NCBI GenBank assembly: GCA_038065095.1
Contig: JBBTRR010000001.1
Coordinates: 113,546 to 177,545 of the forward strand
DNA from: Patescibacteria group bacterium
GTDB lineage: Bacteria > Patescibacteriota > Minisyncoccia > JACQLN01
Direction of reading: 5' to 3'
Length of the DNA: 64,000 bases
The translations under genes and the position numbers were made by a program. How positions within the stretch are numbered: position 1 is the stretch's first letter; each line of letters starts with the position of its first letter. A model generated the notes under the pieces. It was given only the letters and a program-made list of their open reading frames with translations, did not search any database and was not told the origin of the DNA. Positions 1 to 9,161 of the stretch are shown here, one piece after another.

Positions 1-224
1 TTGCCGTATACGGTAGTTGTTTGAAGGCTCTTTATGGTCGTCGTTGCTGTCGCCTTTTAGGCGATAGAATTTTTAGATTATCGGAAGACGAAAGCTATCT
101 TTTAGCAGTTCCTTCCAGAGGAGGAACTCCAACCGCTGACGATGCCTTCAGTGTATATCGTTATTTTACAGACTGGATACTTGTTAAAAGTAAAAGAATT
201 CCTGTTTTAATGTCACTGAACTAA
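1..224 (+). CDS. 3' end of a gene running off the window start (frame 3). Unidentified; possibly ftsA C-terminus, judged only from position upstream of ftsZ.
   Basis: Open frame from nt 3 to the TAA at 222-224. The C-terminal stretch ...FTDWILVKSKRIPVLMSLN could be an amphipathic tail. No diagnostic motif visible. Confidence 0.3.
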   Translation, partial: AVYGSCLKALYGRRCCRLLGDRIFRLSEDESYLLAVPSRGGTPTADDAFSVYRYFTDWILVKSKRIPVLMSLN

Positions 225-230
225 ATAAGC

Positions 231-265
231 AACACTCCGGAAACAAACCGGAGTGTTATTTTTTT
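231..265 (+). terminator. Rho-independent terminator
   Basis: Stem AACACTCCGG (231-240) pairs with CCGGAGTGTT (248-257), loop AAACAAA, followed by a T7 tract. Confidence 0.6.
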
Positions 266-367
266 GTGGTCGAACTTGTGTTTTTTCAATAGGGCGCTAT
301 AATCCTATCAATTAGATTTACAATTGTTTTTATAAATTAGATATTATAATTTAGAAATTTTCAAGAT

Positions 368-1546
368 ATGCCCCAAGTTAAACCCGATGTAGAAACTTTT
401 GCCCGAATAAGGGTTGTTGGTGTTGGTGGTTCTGGTGGCTCGGCTATTCACCGAATGATGGCGAGCAGAATTCAAGGCGTAGATTTTGTGGCGGTTAATA
501 CTGATGCGCAGGCACTTCATCATTGTTTAGCGCCTAGAAAAATTCATATTGGCAAAAACACAACTCGTGGCTTAGGTGCTGGCATGAATCCAGATATTGG
601 CCGGCAAGCGGCCGAAGAAAGCCGTGAAGAAATAGAAGAGGCAATTCGTGGTTCCGATATGGTTTTTATAACTTGTGGTATGGGCGGAGGAACGGGTACA
701 GGGGCGGCACCAATAGTGGCGGAAGCTGCCAAAGAATCTGGTGCTTTAACCGTGGCTGTTGTAACTCGACCGTTTTCTTTTGAAGGTTTACAAAGAAACA
801 GAATTGCCGAATCTGGTATAGAAGAATTAAAAGAAAGAGTAGATACTATAATCGTTATTCCTAACGATAGACTACTTACAATTATCGACCGTAAGACTTC
901 GCTTGTAAGTTCGTTTGAAATTGTGGACGATGTTTTGCGTCAAGCGGTTCAAGGTATTTCCGATCTTATAACTTTGCCCGGTATCGTTAACGTCGACTTT
1001 GCCGACGTTAAAGCTATTATGAAAGACGCTGGTTCGGCTTTAATGGGTATAGGGCGCGCTACCGGAGACGACAGAGCCCAAGAAGCGGCCAGAGCAGCTA
1101 TTAACTCACCATTGTTAGAAGTATCTATAAACGGGGCCAAAGGAGTTTTATTTAACATTTCTGGTGGCGCCGATTTAAGTATGAGTGAGGTAAACGAAGC
1201 GGCTCAAATTATTACTGAATCCATAGATCGCGATGCCAAAGTAATTTTTGGAGCAGTTATAGACGACAAACTCAAAAAAGGCGAAATAAAAGTTACGGTG
1301 GTGGCCACAGGTTTTAATTCGGAAGTTTCCGAAGGAAAATCTTTACTTAACGATACTTCATCTTTTCTTAAGCCTAGAGAATCTTACGCGCCAAGAAAAG
1401 ATGACAGTGTTGAAGAAAATATTTTTTTAAAAACAGTAAAACCACAAGGCAAAGCTTTTGAAGCACAAGTTTCTTCGGTTAATGAAGAAGATGAAAACGA
1501 CGATGAGTTTATTGTGCCAGCGTTTATTAGAAGAAAGATGAAGTAA
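368..1546 (+). CDS. ftsZ: Cell division GTPase FtsZ
   Basis: Tubulin signature [19 protein letters not shown]-terminal [11 protein letters not shown], and an acidic C-terminal tail ending ...PAFIRRKMK typical of FtsZ. Confidence 0.96.
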   Translation: MPQVKPDVETFARIRVVGVGGSGGSAIHRMMASRIQGVDFVAVNTDAQALHHCLAPRKIHIGKNTTRGLGAGMNPDIGRQAAEESREEIEEAIRGSDMVFITCGMGGGTGTGAAPIVAEAAKESGALTVAVVTRPFSFEGLQRNRIAESGIEELKERVDTIIVIPNDRLLTIIDRKTSLVSSFEIVDDVLRQAVQGISDLITLPGIVNVDFADVKAIMKDAGSALMGIGRATGDDRAQEAARAAINSPLLEVSINGAKGVLFNISGGADLSMSEVNEAAQIITESIDRDAKVIFGAVIDDKLKKGEIKVTVVATGFNSEVSEGKSLLNDTSSFLKPRESYAPRKDDSVEENIFLKTVKPQGKAFEAQVSSVNEEDENDDEFIVPAFIRRKMK

Positions 1547-1617
1547 CTATAGAGGATTAAGCCTCTATAGTATTAACTAAACATTTTAGCACGAGAATAC
1601 GATCGTATTCTCGTGCT
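1547..1617. terminator. Two tandem hairpins after ftsZ. The second is a member of the TACGATCGTA-core palindrome family and is followed by a T-tract.
   Basis: CTATAGAGG (1547-1555) pairs with CCTCTATAG (1562-1570). A perfect 30-bp palindrome AGCACGAGAA-TACGATCGTA-TTCTCGTGCT lies at 1588-1617, then ATTTTTG. Confidence 0.6.
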
Positions 1618-1660
1618 ATTTTTGTTGAAACAAAAATGTATTCGTGGTAGATTATTAATT

Positions 1661-1879
1661 ATGAAAAAGCAGTTTACTGTGGTTTATAAAAAAAGAGGCA
1701 AGTGGTATGTGGGCTGGGTAGAAGAAGTTCCTGGCGCAAATTCACAGGCCAAAACCTTAAAAGGGCTTAAAGAAAATTTGAATGAAGCCTTAAGTTTGGT
1801 TTTGAAATCAAACAGAAGTATTTTAGAACAGGAACTAGGCGGAAAGTTAGTAAGGGAATCGTTAGTAGTTTCTTACTGA
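1661..1879 (+). CDS. hicB: HicB-family antitoxin (UPF0150-like)
   Basis: The 72-aa product MKKQFTVVYKKRGKWYVGWVEEVPGANSQAKTLKGLKENLNEALSLVL matches the HicB N-domain pattern. Its stop overlaps the hicA start (ATGA). The ORF-track start at 1613 lies inside the ftsZ terminator, so the internal ATG at 1661 is preferred. Confidence 0.6.
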   Translation: MKKQFTVVYKKRGKWYVGWVEEVPGANSQAKTLKGLKENLNEALSLVLKSNRSILEQELGGKLVRESLVVSY

Positions 1880-2070
1880 TGAAACGGATAGATTTAGTTA
1901 AACATATAATTATTCACGGATGTGTTTTTGTCCGAGAAGGCGCTAAACATAGCGTCTTTTTTAATCCTAAAACAAGACAAACTTCTACAGTACCTCGGCA
2001 CAGTGAGGTCGATAAGTTTCTAGCTCGAAAAATATGCCGAGATTTAGGCGTAGAGGAAATAAAGAAATAA
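1879..2070 (+). CDS. hicA: HicA-family mRNA interferase toxin
   Basis: The 63-aa product ...GCVFVREGAKHSVFFNPKTRQTSTVPRHSEVDKFLARKICRDLGV follows the HicA pattern GSHxxxxxPxxxxxxTVPxH. Confidence 0.65.
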   Translation: MKRIDLVKHIIIHGCVFVREGAKHSVFFNPKTRQTSTVPRHSEVDKFLARKICRDLGVEEIKK

Positions 2071-2074
2071 AATA

Positions 2075-2110
2075 CCCGCTCCGATATTGTCGGGGCGGGG
2101 TTTGTTTTTG
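2075..2110. terminator. Bidirectional hairpin terminator between hicA (+) and a small membrane protein gene (-)
   Basis: CCCGCTCCGA (2075-2084) pairs with TCGGGGCGGG (2090-2099), loop TATTG, then GTTTGTTTTTG. Confidence 0.5.
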
Positions 2111-2113
2111 GGT

Positions 2114-2320
2114 CTAGGTTTTTGTGACAGGACATGAATCTTTTTTGGCTTGATTCTGTGTTGGTTCGGTAAACAGCTCGATGATTCTAGCTATACACAT
2201 ACCAGAGAGAATAGCCAGTGATAATTTGGCATATTCTGGGCCTGCTAATACCAGTAAAGCTGGAGCGATAAAGAAGAAAGTCATCAGCATTAAAAAACCA
2301 TATAGCGCATCCTTGTTCAT
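2114..2320 (-). CDS. Small membrane protein (68 aa, 2 predicted TM helices)
   Basis: AAGGAG RBS lies 8 nt upstream of the ATG on the minus strand. The product has hydrophobic helices LMLMTFFFIAPALLVLAG and LSLAILSGMCIARIIELF. Confidence 0.45.
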   Translation of the reverse strand: MNKDALYGFLMLMTFFFIAPALLVLAGPEYAKLSLAILSGMCIARIIELFTEPTQNQAKKDSCPVTKT

Positions 2321-2440
2321 TATGCAGACTCCTTTTCTTAAGGTTTTTACTTACCTGATCAAGATGGAATTGTTAATTCTATCGAAGTGGGACTTCAATA
2401 GAAGTTATTTTTTCTTTCTAGGTATGTTGCCTCCCCTTTT

Positions 2441-2623
2441 TTAATATTCAGAATCAATTGGTAATGGTATGCCGTATGTTTCTATGGCCTCCCTAAGACG
2501 ATCAAATTCTTCTTGCGGTTTTTCTTGGAGTGCTTTTAGAGCTTTCTTCAAACTGATAGAGTGGTAAGGTGTTCTTGTTGTTCTGTTTCCACCTCGATCC
2601 TCTGAAATTTTTCTTTTAGCCAT
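2441..2623 (-). CDS. Hypothetical small basic protein (60 aa)
   Basis: Internal start MAKRKISEDRGG... is preceded by a GAGGAG RBS. This is preferred over the longer 87-aa ORF-track call. Confidence 0.35.
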   Translation of the reverse strand: MAKRKISEDRGGNRTTRTPYHSISLKKALKALQEKPQEEFDRLREAIETYGIPLPIDSEY

Positions 2624-2802
2624 GCACTGTTCTCCTCGAAGGAAGTGTTTGGAGTTCTTACAACTCCGTTTAGAAAAATCCAAGTAGTTAAAGATCCTGC
2701 CCATACATATACAGCTATGTTTTCGTTTATCAAATAAGCAAGAAAGGTAAAACCAAATATAGGTACTAAAGAGAGTCTTGTAGCCATATCTCCTTTTTGC
2801 AT
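2548..2802 (-). CDS. Hypothetical membrane protein. It overlaps 2441-2623 in another frame, so one of the two may be spurious or a frameshift may be present.
   Basis: The 84-aa ORF has an N-terminal TM segment MATRLSLVPIFGFTFLAYLI. Confidence 0.25.
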   Translation of the reverse strand: MQKGDMATRLSLVPIFGFTFLAYLINENIAVYVWAGSLTTWIFLNGVVRTPNTSFEENSAWLKEKFQRIEVETEQQEHLTTLSV

Positions 2803-3108
2803 AAGCCCTCCTTCTAATTTTGAGAATTTTTATTAAGGAACTTTATTAAATTAAAGCAGTCTAAATTTTTCTTGTCAAAGTTGTCAATTTTTATGCATTT
2901 ATCTGTGGATATCCGTTTTAAAAGTTAAGGGTGTAAAATGAATTTAAGTAGTTTAAATTTTATAAAAAAATGCGGTTCGGATTTTTTGCAATTAGCCCTT
3001 GAGTTTAGAAGTCTCTGGTAGTTTTGGTCGTCTGGAGACTTTTTGATTCAAGGTTTTCCCTTGAATAAGGTGGATTCTGGTTGCAAGCTAACGAATCTCA
3101 TAAAAAAT

Positions 3109-5946
3109 ATGGGAAATTCTTCTATTGCCGATCGCGTCAAACGCGACGAGTCGGGCAAACGCGATTCGTCAACGAATAAAATTTTTTTAGTTAAAAGATA
3201 TTTTACTAAGCCCAATGTTCACCCTTACGATGAATTTAAATGGGAAAAGCGAGATATAAAAATATCTGGCCCGCAAGGCACGTTGGTAGATGCTAAAAAT
3301 TTAGAATTTCCAAAATTTTGGTCTCATAACGCGGCTAGTATTACGGGTTCCAAATATTTTCGAGGTTCGGGCGATAAACGTGAAACTTCGGTTAAGCAGA
3401 TGATAAACCGTGTGGTAAAAAATATTACTGCATGGGGCGAATCGTCTGGTTATTTTAATACAAAAACCGAAGCCAAAGCGTTTGAAGACGAGCTAACTCA
3501 TTTGTTGGTTTACCAAAAATCGGCGTTTAATAGCCCTGTTTGGTTTAATGTGGGTATAAAAGAAAAGCCACAGTGTTCGGCTTGTTTTATTTTAAGCGTA
3601 GACGATAGTATGGAATCTATAATGGATTGGATTTCTACCGAAGCTAGAATTTTTAAAGGAGGTTCGGGGGCTGGTATAAATTTATCGGCATTACGTTCTT
3701 CAAAGGAACCATTGTCGCATGGTGGTTTTTCTTCTGGCCCAGTTTCTTTTATGCGTGGAGCGGATTCGGTAGCGGGCATGATAAAATCTGGTGGTGCTAC
3801 ACGCCGTGCCGCTAAAATGGTTTTGTTAAATATAGATCATCCCGATGTAATGGAATTTATTCGTTGCAAAGCCGAAGAAGAAAAAAAAGTTAGGGCTTTT
3901 ATATCCTCTGGTTACAATATGCAAAATTTGAACGAGCCAGCTTGGTCATCTATTCAATATCAAAATGCCAATAATTCTGTGCGCTTGTCGGACGAATTCC
4001 TAAAAGCTGTAGAGGAAGACAAAGAATGGAGTACTAAATTTATTACCACCGGAAAAATTGCCAACACTTATAAAGCTCGCGAACTTATGCATGAAATTTC
4101 TTTGGCGGCTTGGGAATGTGCTGATCCTGGGGTGCATTATAAAACCACAATAGATAAATGGCATACGTCTTCTAACACTGGGCCAATCAATGGCTGTAAC
4201 CCATGCAGTGAATATATGCACCTAGATAATTCGGCCTGCAATTTATCTTCTATAAATTTAATTCATTTCTTGGCCGAAGATGGAAGTTTTAAGGTTAAAG
4301 ATTTTGTTCAAGCGGTAGATGTTATGATTTTGGCACAAGAAATTATTGTAGGGCATTCTTCGTATCCAACTCCAAAAATAGAAGAAACCGCACACAATTT
4401 TAGAGAATTAGGTTTAGGTTTTACAAACTTGGGCGGATTATTAATGGCTAAAGCTTTGGCTTACGATTCTAACGAGGCTCGGGCTTGGGCGGGTGCTATA
4501 ACTGCGCTTATGACCGGCGAAGCTTATAGATTATCGGCAGTGATGGCTTCAAAAATTGGTGCACATAATGGCTACGCCATAAACAAAGAACCTCAATTAA
4601 AAGTTATCGGTATGCATCGCGATAAAGTAAAAGAAATAAATCCAAAGGCAATGGATGATAAAAAACTTTTAAAAACTGCGGGTGACACTTGGGTGGAAGC
4701 ATTTAATTTGGCTAAAAAACATGGGGTTAGAAATTCTCAAGTAACTGTTATTGCACCAACTGGCACGATTGCCTTAATGATGGATTGCGCTTGTACAGGT
4801 GTTGAACCTTTATTTGCCCCATTAATTTATAAACAACTTGTAGGTGGTGGTTATATGAAATTTGTGGCCGACACTATTCCTTTGGCTTTAAAAAAACTTG
4901 GATATTCTACAAGCCAGAACGAAGAAATAATGAAATATATAGAAGAAAAAGGTATTGTGGAAGGTGCGCCAAATTTAAAAGAGGAACACTTGGCAATTTT
5001 TGATTGCGCAGTTAAGCCGGCCGCTGGCACAAGATCGATTCATTGGCAGGGTCACGTTAAAATGGTGGCGGCGGTTCAACCGTTTATTTCGGGTGCGATT
5101 TCTAAAACATTTAATATGGACGAAGGAACCACTGTGGAAGAAATTCAAGAAGCTTACATAATGGGTTGGAAATTGGGCTTAAAAGCTTTTGCGGTTTACC
5201 GAGATGGTTGTAAAGCGGCTCAACCTTTATCTACTAAGAAAAAGGAAAAAGATTCTACATCGATTGAAGCCAAAGCAGAGGCCGAGGTTAAGACTGTTAA
5301 TGTTGTACCACAACAAAGAAAACTTCCAGCTACTCGTCTTTCCGAAACTCATAAGTTTACAATTGCGGGGCATCAAGGTTTCTTAACGCATAGTATATAC
5401 GATGACGGCACGCTTGCCGAAATATTTATTCGTATTGCTAAACAAGGTTCAACTTTAGCCGGATTGTTAGATACATTCGCTATTTCTGTTTCTATGGCGT
5501 TGCAACACGGCGTGCCTTTAAAAAAATTATGTCACCAATTTATACACGGGCGTTACGAGCCGATGGGTTTTACCGAAAACGCCAATATTCCAATGGTGAG
5601 TTCCATAACCGATTATATTTTTAAATATTTAGCTTTAAGATTTTTACAGGCCGATGATTTAGCTGAATTTGGTTTAGATTCTGCCAATAGAATAGAAACT
5701 CATATGCCTTCCATTAAAGATAATTCATCCGAAGCAAGTGGCTTGATTATGGAGAGTTTAGCGGCTAAAGAACCTGTGGTGGTTGCAACAGTTGCCCAAC
5801 CCGAGGTTGGTCAGCCTAGGGCTGAAAAAACAGTTGGTGTAATTTATGCGGGAACCGTCTGCAAACTTTGCGGTGGTATGATGATTCGCACTGGCACTTG
5901 CTTAACCTGCAGGCAGTGTGGAGAAGCGAATGGGGGGTGTTCCTAG
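3109..5946 (+). CDS. nrdJ: Class II (adenosylcobalamin-dependent) ribonucleoside-triphosphate/diphosphate reductase with a C-terminal Cys-rich zinc-ribbon tail
   Basis: RNR hallmarks read from the translation: SACFIL, the active-site loop NPCSEY, and GLGFTNLG. It is a single ~945-aa chain with no separate beta subunit nearby. The C-terminus is CKLCGGMMIRTGTCLTCRQCG. The ORF could start at 3043, but the ATG at 3109 is preferred. Confidence 0.9.
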   Translation: MGNSSIADRVKRDESGKRDSSTNKIFLVKRYFTKPNVHPYDEFKWEKRDIKISGPQGTLVDAKNLEFPKFWSHNAASITGSKYFRGSGDKRETSVKQMINRVVKNITAWGESSGYFNTKTEAKAFEDELTHLLVYQKSAFNSPVWFNVGIKEKPQCSACFILSVDDSMESIMDWISTEARIFKGGSGAGINLSALRSSKEPLSHGGFSSGPVSFMRGADSVAGMIKSGGATRRAAKMVLLNIDHPDVMEFIRCKAEEEKKVRAFISSGYNMQNLNEPAWSSIQYQNANNSVRLSDEFLKAVEEDKEWSTKFITTGKIANTYKARELMHEISLAAWECADPGVHYKTTIDKWHTSSNTGPINGCNPCSEYMHLDNSACNLSSINLIHFLAEDGSFKVKDFVQAVDVMILAQEIIVGHSSYPTPKIEETAHNFRELGLGFTNLGGLLMAKALAYDSNEARAWAGAITALMTGEAYRLSAVMASKIGAHNGYAINKEPQLKVIGMHRDKVKEINPKAMDDKKLLKTAGDTWVEAFNLAKKHGVRNSQVTVIAPTGTIALMMDCACTGVEPLFAPLIYKQLVGGGYMKFVADTIPLALKKLGYSTSQNEEIMKYIEEKGIVEGAPNLKEEHLAIFDCAVKPAAGTRSIHWQGHVKMVAAVQPFISGAISKTFNMDEGTTVEEIQEAYIMGWKLGLKAFAVYRDGCKAAQPLSTKKKEKDSTSIEAKAEAEVKTVNVVPQQRKLPATRLSETHKFTIAGHQGFLTHSIYDDGTLAEIFIRIAKQGSTLAGLLDTFAISVSMALQHGVPLKKLCHQFIHGRYEPMGFTENANIPMVSSITDYIFKYLALRFLQADDLAEFGLDSANRIETHMPSIKDNSSEASGLIMESLAAKEPVVVATVAQPEVGQPRAEKTVGVIYAGTVCKLCGGMMIRTGTCLTCRQCGEANGGCS

Positions 5947-5962
5947 CTAGCTTTTAGGATTT

Positions 5963-5996
5963 ACCCAGTAACGCATACGAATGTACGTTACTGGGT
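5963..5996. terminator. Hairpin terminator after nrdJ, shared with the convergent minus-strand ORF
   Basis: ACCCAGTAACG (5963-5973) pairs with CGTTACTGGGT (5986-5996). A T-rich run follows. Confidence 0.55.
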
Positions 5997-6070
5997 TAGC
6001 TTCGTTAGCTTTTTAGGAAAATAAAAAGACCGCCGCTTGGATTTTTCCAAACGGCGGAGTGAACCTATAA

Positions 6071-6379
6071 CTATCCGATTTCTATCCTGTTATTATTACC
6101 GATTATGGTAATGGTGCCTTTTTCTTTGTCGATCGCGAATCTGCTCAAGTTTTCTGAAAGTTTGTGTACTTTCTTTGGAAACATCTCGAACGCTTTCAGG
6201 ATGATATTCCACTTTACGAGGTCAAATTCTTCAGAAGATATTACTATGTTTTCATCCCGATCTTGGAACAGTTTGGGTAGTGATTCGTTTAATGTATCCA
6301 TATCTCCTTCGGTTTTTTCACTGATTTTCACCACCAATTTAGCGAGCATAAACAATGACAAGTATAATAGCCTGAACAT
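6071..6379 (-). CDS. Hypothetical small protein with an N-terminal hydrophobic segment
   Basis: The 102-aa ORF has a GAGGAG RBS 9 nt upstream. Its N-terminus is MFRLLYLSLFMLAKLVV. Confidence 0.4.
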   Translation of the reverse strand: MFRLLYLSLFMLAKLVVKISEKTEGDMDTLNESLPKLFQDRDENIVISSEEFDLVKWNIILKAFEMFPKKVHKLSENLSRFAIDKEKGTITIIGNNNRIEIG

Positions 6380-6450
6380 GACGGGTATCTCCTCGGTTTG
6401 AGTTAAGGAACGATGGCAAAAATATAGCAGTTATAAACAAATAAAGTCAA

Positions 6451-7023
6451 ATGCTAATTGTAGTCACTGGTAATGGTAAGGGAAAGACCACGAGCGCACT
6501 TGGGCAGGCTTTAAGAGTGGTTGGCGAGGGCGGAAAGGCTGTAATGTATCAGTTTATAAAAGGGCCGTGGGTTTCGGGCGAGGATGTCCTAATCTCAAAA
6601 ATCAAATCTCAAAAATCAAAAATAAAAGACAATAAATTATTAGAGGGTCTGGAGAATTGGTATGATTTTGACATTATTAAGGGTGGCAAAGGTTTTGTTG
6701 GAATATTGGGCGATTCGTATCCAAAATCAGTTCACATCAAGGCGGCCGAAGAAACTTGGGGTGTTGCCAAAAAAGCCATAGAATCTAAAAAATACCAGTT
6801 AGTTGTTTTAGACGAAATTAATGTAGCTATAAAATTAGGCTTGTTAAAAATAAGCCCAGTATTTTCTTTTTTGAAAAAATATCGTGGAATTGTTAATATT
6901 ATGGTTACAGGGCGAGACGCCCACAATAAGCTTATAGAACTTGCTGATTTGGTTTCGGAGGTTAAAGAAATAAAGCACCCTTTTAATAAAGGTGTTTCAG
7001 CCAGAAAGGGAGTGGAGTACTAA
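6451..7023 (+). CDS. cobO: Cob(I)yrinic acid a,c-diamide / corrinoid adenosyltransferase (CobA/CobO/BtuR family)
   Basis: P-loop VVTGNGKGKTTSALGQALR..QFIKG and the C-terminal VLDEIN...TGR pattern are characteristic of CobA. The gene contains a 14-mer x2 tandem repeat at 6591-6618. Confidence 0.85.
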   Translation: MLIVVTGNGKGKTTSALGQALRVVGEGGKAVMYQFIKGPWVSGEDVLISKIKSQKSKIKDNKLLEGLENWYDFDIIKGGKGFVGILGDSYPKSVHIKAAEETWGVAKKAIESKKYQLVVLDEINVAIKLGLLKISPVFSFLKKYRGIVNIMVTGRDAHNKLIELADLVSEVKEIKHPFNKGVSARKGVEY

Positions 7024-7028
7024 AAATT

Positions 7029-7148
7029 ATGTTTGCCCTAGGTTTAATAATTGGTTTTTTAGCAGGGTTTTTCTTAGGCGGAACTATCGCTGTTATTTCG
7101 TCTGCAAACTGGGAAGAAATTACAAACTTTTTTTCTGGTAAAAAATAA
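7029..7148 (+). CDS. Tiny hydrophobic peptide (39 aa)
   Basis: Product MFALGLIIGFLAGFFLGGTIAVISSANWEEITNFFSGKK is below the ORF-track length cutoff. It is a tandem paralog of the next peptide. Confidence 0.35.
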   Translation: MFALGLIIGFLAGFFLGGTIAVISSANWEEITNFFSGKK

Positions 7149-7149
7149 A

Positions 7150-7239
7150 ATGCTTATTGGTTTATTAATTGGTTTTATAGTTGGTTTAATACTTTCGCTT
7201 TTAATTGCTTTTGCCATGGCTTCAAAAAATGGATTTTAA
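7150..7239 (+). CDS. Tiny hydrophobic peptide (29 aa), paralog of 7029-7148
   Basis: Product MLIGLLIGFIVGLILSLLIAFAMASKNGF. The start lies 1 nt after the previous stop. Confidence 0.3.
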   Translation: MLIGLLIGFIVGLILSLLIAFAMASKNGF

Positions 7240-7262
7240 TTTAATTTTAATTAGTAAAAAAT

Positions 7263-7292
7263 ATACCGAATCTACGATCGTAGATTCGGTAT
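7263..7292. repeat. 30-bp perfect palindrome of the TACGATCGTA-core family; bidirectional terminator-like
   Basis: ATACCGAATC-TACGATCGTA-GATTCGGTAT, located between convergent genes. Confidence 0.6.
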
Positions 7293-7337
7293 ATTCTGTC
7301 TTTAAATATAAATCTACTATCCTTTAATCCTTTCCAT

Positions 7338-7901
7338 CTAATCAACTTGGGCTCGGCGGACGTAGGATCCTGTTCTAGTATCTACTTCTATTTTTTCACC
7401 GGCCTCAATAAATAATGGAACTTTTATTTCGGCACCGGTTTCTAAAATGGCGTCTTTTAATGCACCTTGCACAGTGTCGCCACGAGCGGCTGGCGGAGCA
7501 TCTTTTACTTCTAGAATAACTTTAATTGGTAATTCTAAAGATATTGGTTTTCCTTTAAATAAAAAAATATCTGCCGGCATATCCTTTTTAAGGAATTTAA
7601 CTTTATCTTCTAAGGTTTCTTCACTAAAACTCATTTTTTCTCCACCTTCAGCCTGAAAGAAAAACTCATTTTTGGTGCGATAGGTAAATTTAGATTTTAA
7701 TCGTTCTATATCGGCTTCCTTAATGCTGTCGGATTGTTGGAAAGTTTCCGAACGAACTTTGCCCGTAATTACATTGCGGATTTTAGTTTGCATAACTGGC
7801 CTTCTTTGAGCAACTTTATTAAAGTTGGATTCTAAAACTTGGTAGGGTTCGCCCTCTAAATCTATTAAAACGCCTGGTCTTAGATTGTTCATTGATAACA
7901 T
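7338..7901 (-). CDS. efp: Translation elongation factor P
   Basis: The 187-aa product has GEPYQVLESNF, ITGKVRSETF, GDTVQGALKDAILETGAEIKVPLFIEAGEKIEVDTRTGSYV and the KOW/OB pattern of EF-P. Start chosen at MLSMNNLRPG. Confidence 0.85.
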   Translation of the reverse strand: MLSMNNLRPGVLIDLEGEPYQVLESNFNKVAQRRPVMQTKIRNVITGKVRSETFQQSDSIKEADIERLKSKFTYRTKNEFFFQAEGGEKMSFSEETLEDKVKFLKKDMPADIFLFKGKPISLELPIKVILEVKDAPPAARGDTVQGALKDAILETGAEIKVPLFIEAGEKIEVDTRTGSYVRRAQVD

Positions 7902-8009
7902 AATAATAGCGACACTAATTACGAATACACACAAATTTACAAATGAATTTTATTCGTGTCATTCGGGTGAATTCGCGTATTGGTGTCGCGATGAGTATAC
8001 TAAAAGATA

Positions 8010-9161
8010 ATGAAATCATCAAGAGCTTTAGCGGGTGTTTCTTTTGGATTTTTAATAGGTGTATTGGCTCAATCTATTATCGGTTTTTATTTTTGGCTGG
8101 TTTTTATTTTTATTTTAATAGCTATAATTTGTGCTGTTTTAGAAATTTTTGGCGGTTCTGATAAATTATTTTTAGCTTTTATAATTTTATTTTCTGCAGC
8201 GCTGGGTTTTTTAAGAGCGGGAACTTACCACGAAGATTTTTCTCTAAACGAAAAAACTTTTTGGAATATTTCGCGCGAATATTTGGTTAATCGCACAAAA
8301 TCAATTTTACCGCAAAATGAAGGTGCTCTTTTTAATGCTATGGTTTTTGGTTATGAAAAAGATGTTTCTAGTAAAATCAAGAACGATTTTAATATAACTG
8401 GTACTCGGCATGTTTTGGCGATTTCTGGTATGAATATTTCTATAATCGCCTTAATGATTATGGATTTTGCGATTGGTATTGGCTTATGGCGGAAGCAAGC
8501 TTTTTATGTGGCAGTTCTGGCTGTAATCGCTTTTATATTTTTAGTGGGTTCGCCAGCTTCGGCGGTGCGCGCCGGCATAATGGGCATACTTTTACTTTGG
8601 GCCAAAAATAAAGGCAGGTTGGTGCAGGCTTGGCGGCCAATAATGTTGGCCGCGTTTTTTATGGTGGCGCTAAACCCACGGCTTTTGGTTTTTAGTATTG
8701 GTTTTCAACTTTCTTTTTTGGCGGTTATTGGCATTGTTTATTTTAAAAATTTTTGGGACAAAATTTTGTTTTGGATTCCCATAAAACCAATGCGCGAATT
8801 AGTGGTGCTTTCTATGGCGGCGCAAACCACCACTTGGCCAGTTATGGTTTATAATTTTGGCACGCTTTCGGCTATAAGCCCAGTAGCCAATATTTTTGTG
8901 GTGCCGATGCTTAACCCGATAATGTTTTTAGGTTTAGGGTTTGTGGCGGTTTCTTGGAATAGTTATTTAGCGCAAATATTTTTATGGCCAGCTTGGCTGA
9001 TTTTAAAAGCTAATATAAAAATTGTAGATTTTTTTGGTTCGTTTAGTTGGGCTAGCATTAACTTAGGTAAAACCGGTTTAATTATTTTTATTTTTTATCC
9101 TCTTATTTATCTATTTTGGTTATACTTAGAAAAACACGGTTACAATGATTCAATTAACTAA
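8010..9161 (+). CDS. comEC: ComEC/Rec2 competence channel, membrane (competence) domain portion
   Basis: Polytopic membrane protein with the ComEC core motif NITGTRHVLAISGMNISIIA. Confidence 0.8.
   Translation: MKSSRALAGVSFGFLIGVLAQSIIGFYFWLVFIFILIAIICAVLEIFGGSDKLFLAFIILFSAALGFLRAGTYHEDFSLNEKTFWNISREYLVNRTKSILPQNEGALFNAMVFGYEKDVSSKIKNDFNITGTRHVLAISGMNISIIALMIMDFAIGIGLWRKQAFYVAVLAVIAFIFLVGSPASAVRAGIMGILLLWAKNKGRLVQAWRPIMLAAFFMVALNPRLLVFSIGFQLSFLAVIGIVYFKNFWDKILFWIPIKPMRELVVLSMAAQTTTWPVMVYNFGTLSAISPVANIFVVPMLNPIMFLGLGFVAVSWNSYLAQIFLWPAWLILKANIKIVDFFGSFSWASINLGKTGLIIFIFYPLIYLFWLYLEKHGYNDSIN

Noticed and set aside
2880-3108. Cobalamin riboswitch or NrdR box upstream of nrdJ
   Set aside because: No B12-box-like element (the GCCACUG-type core) and no convincing NrdR box pair were seen. 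Only a TTGTCAAAGTTGTCAA direct repeat and a weak 6-bp hairpin are present.
5189-5386. 65-aa ORF inside nrdJ
   Set aside because: It is an alternative frame within a strongly supported long coding sequence.
7943-8161. 72-aa ORF overlapping the start of comEC
   Set aside because: It is in an alternative frame of the comEC 5' region and its Phe/Tyr/Cys-rich translation looks like nonsense.
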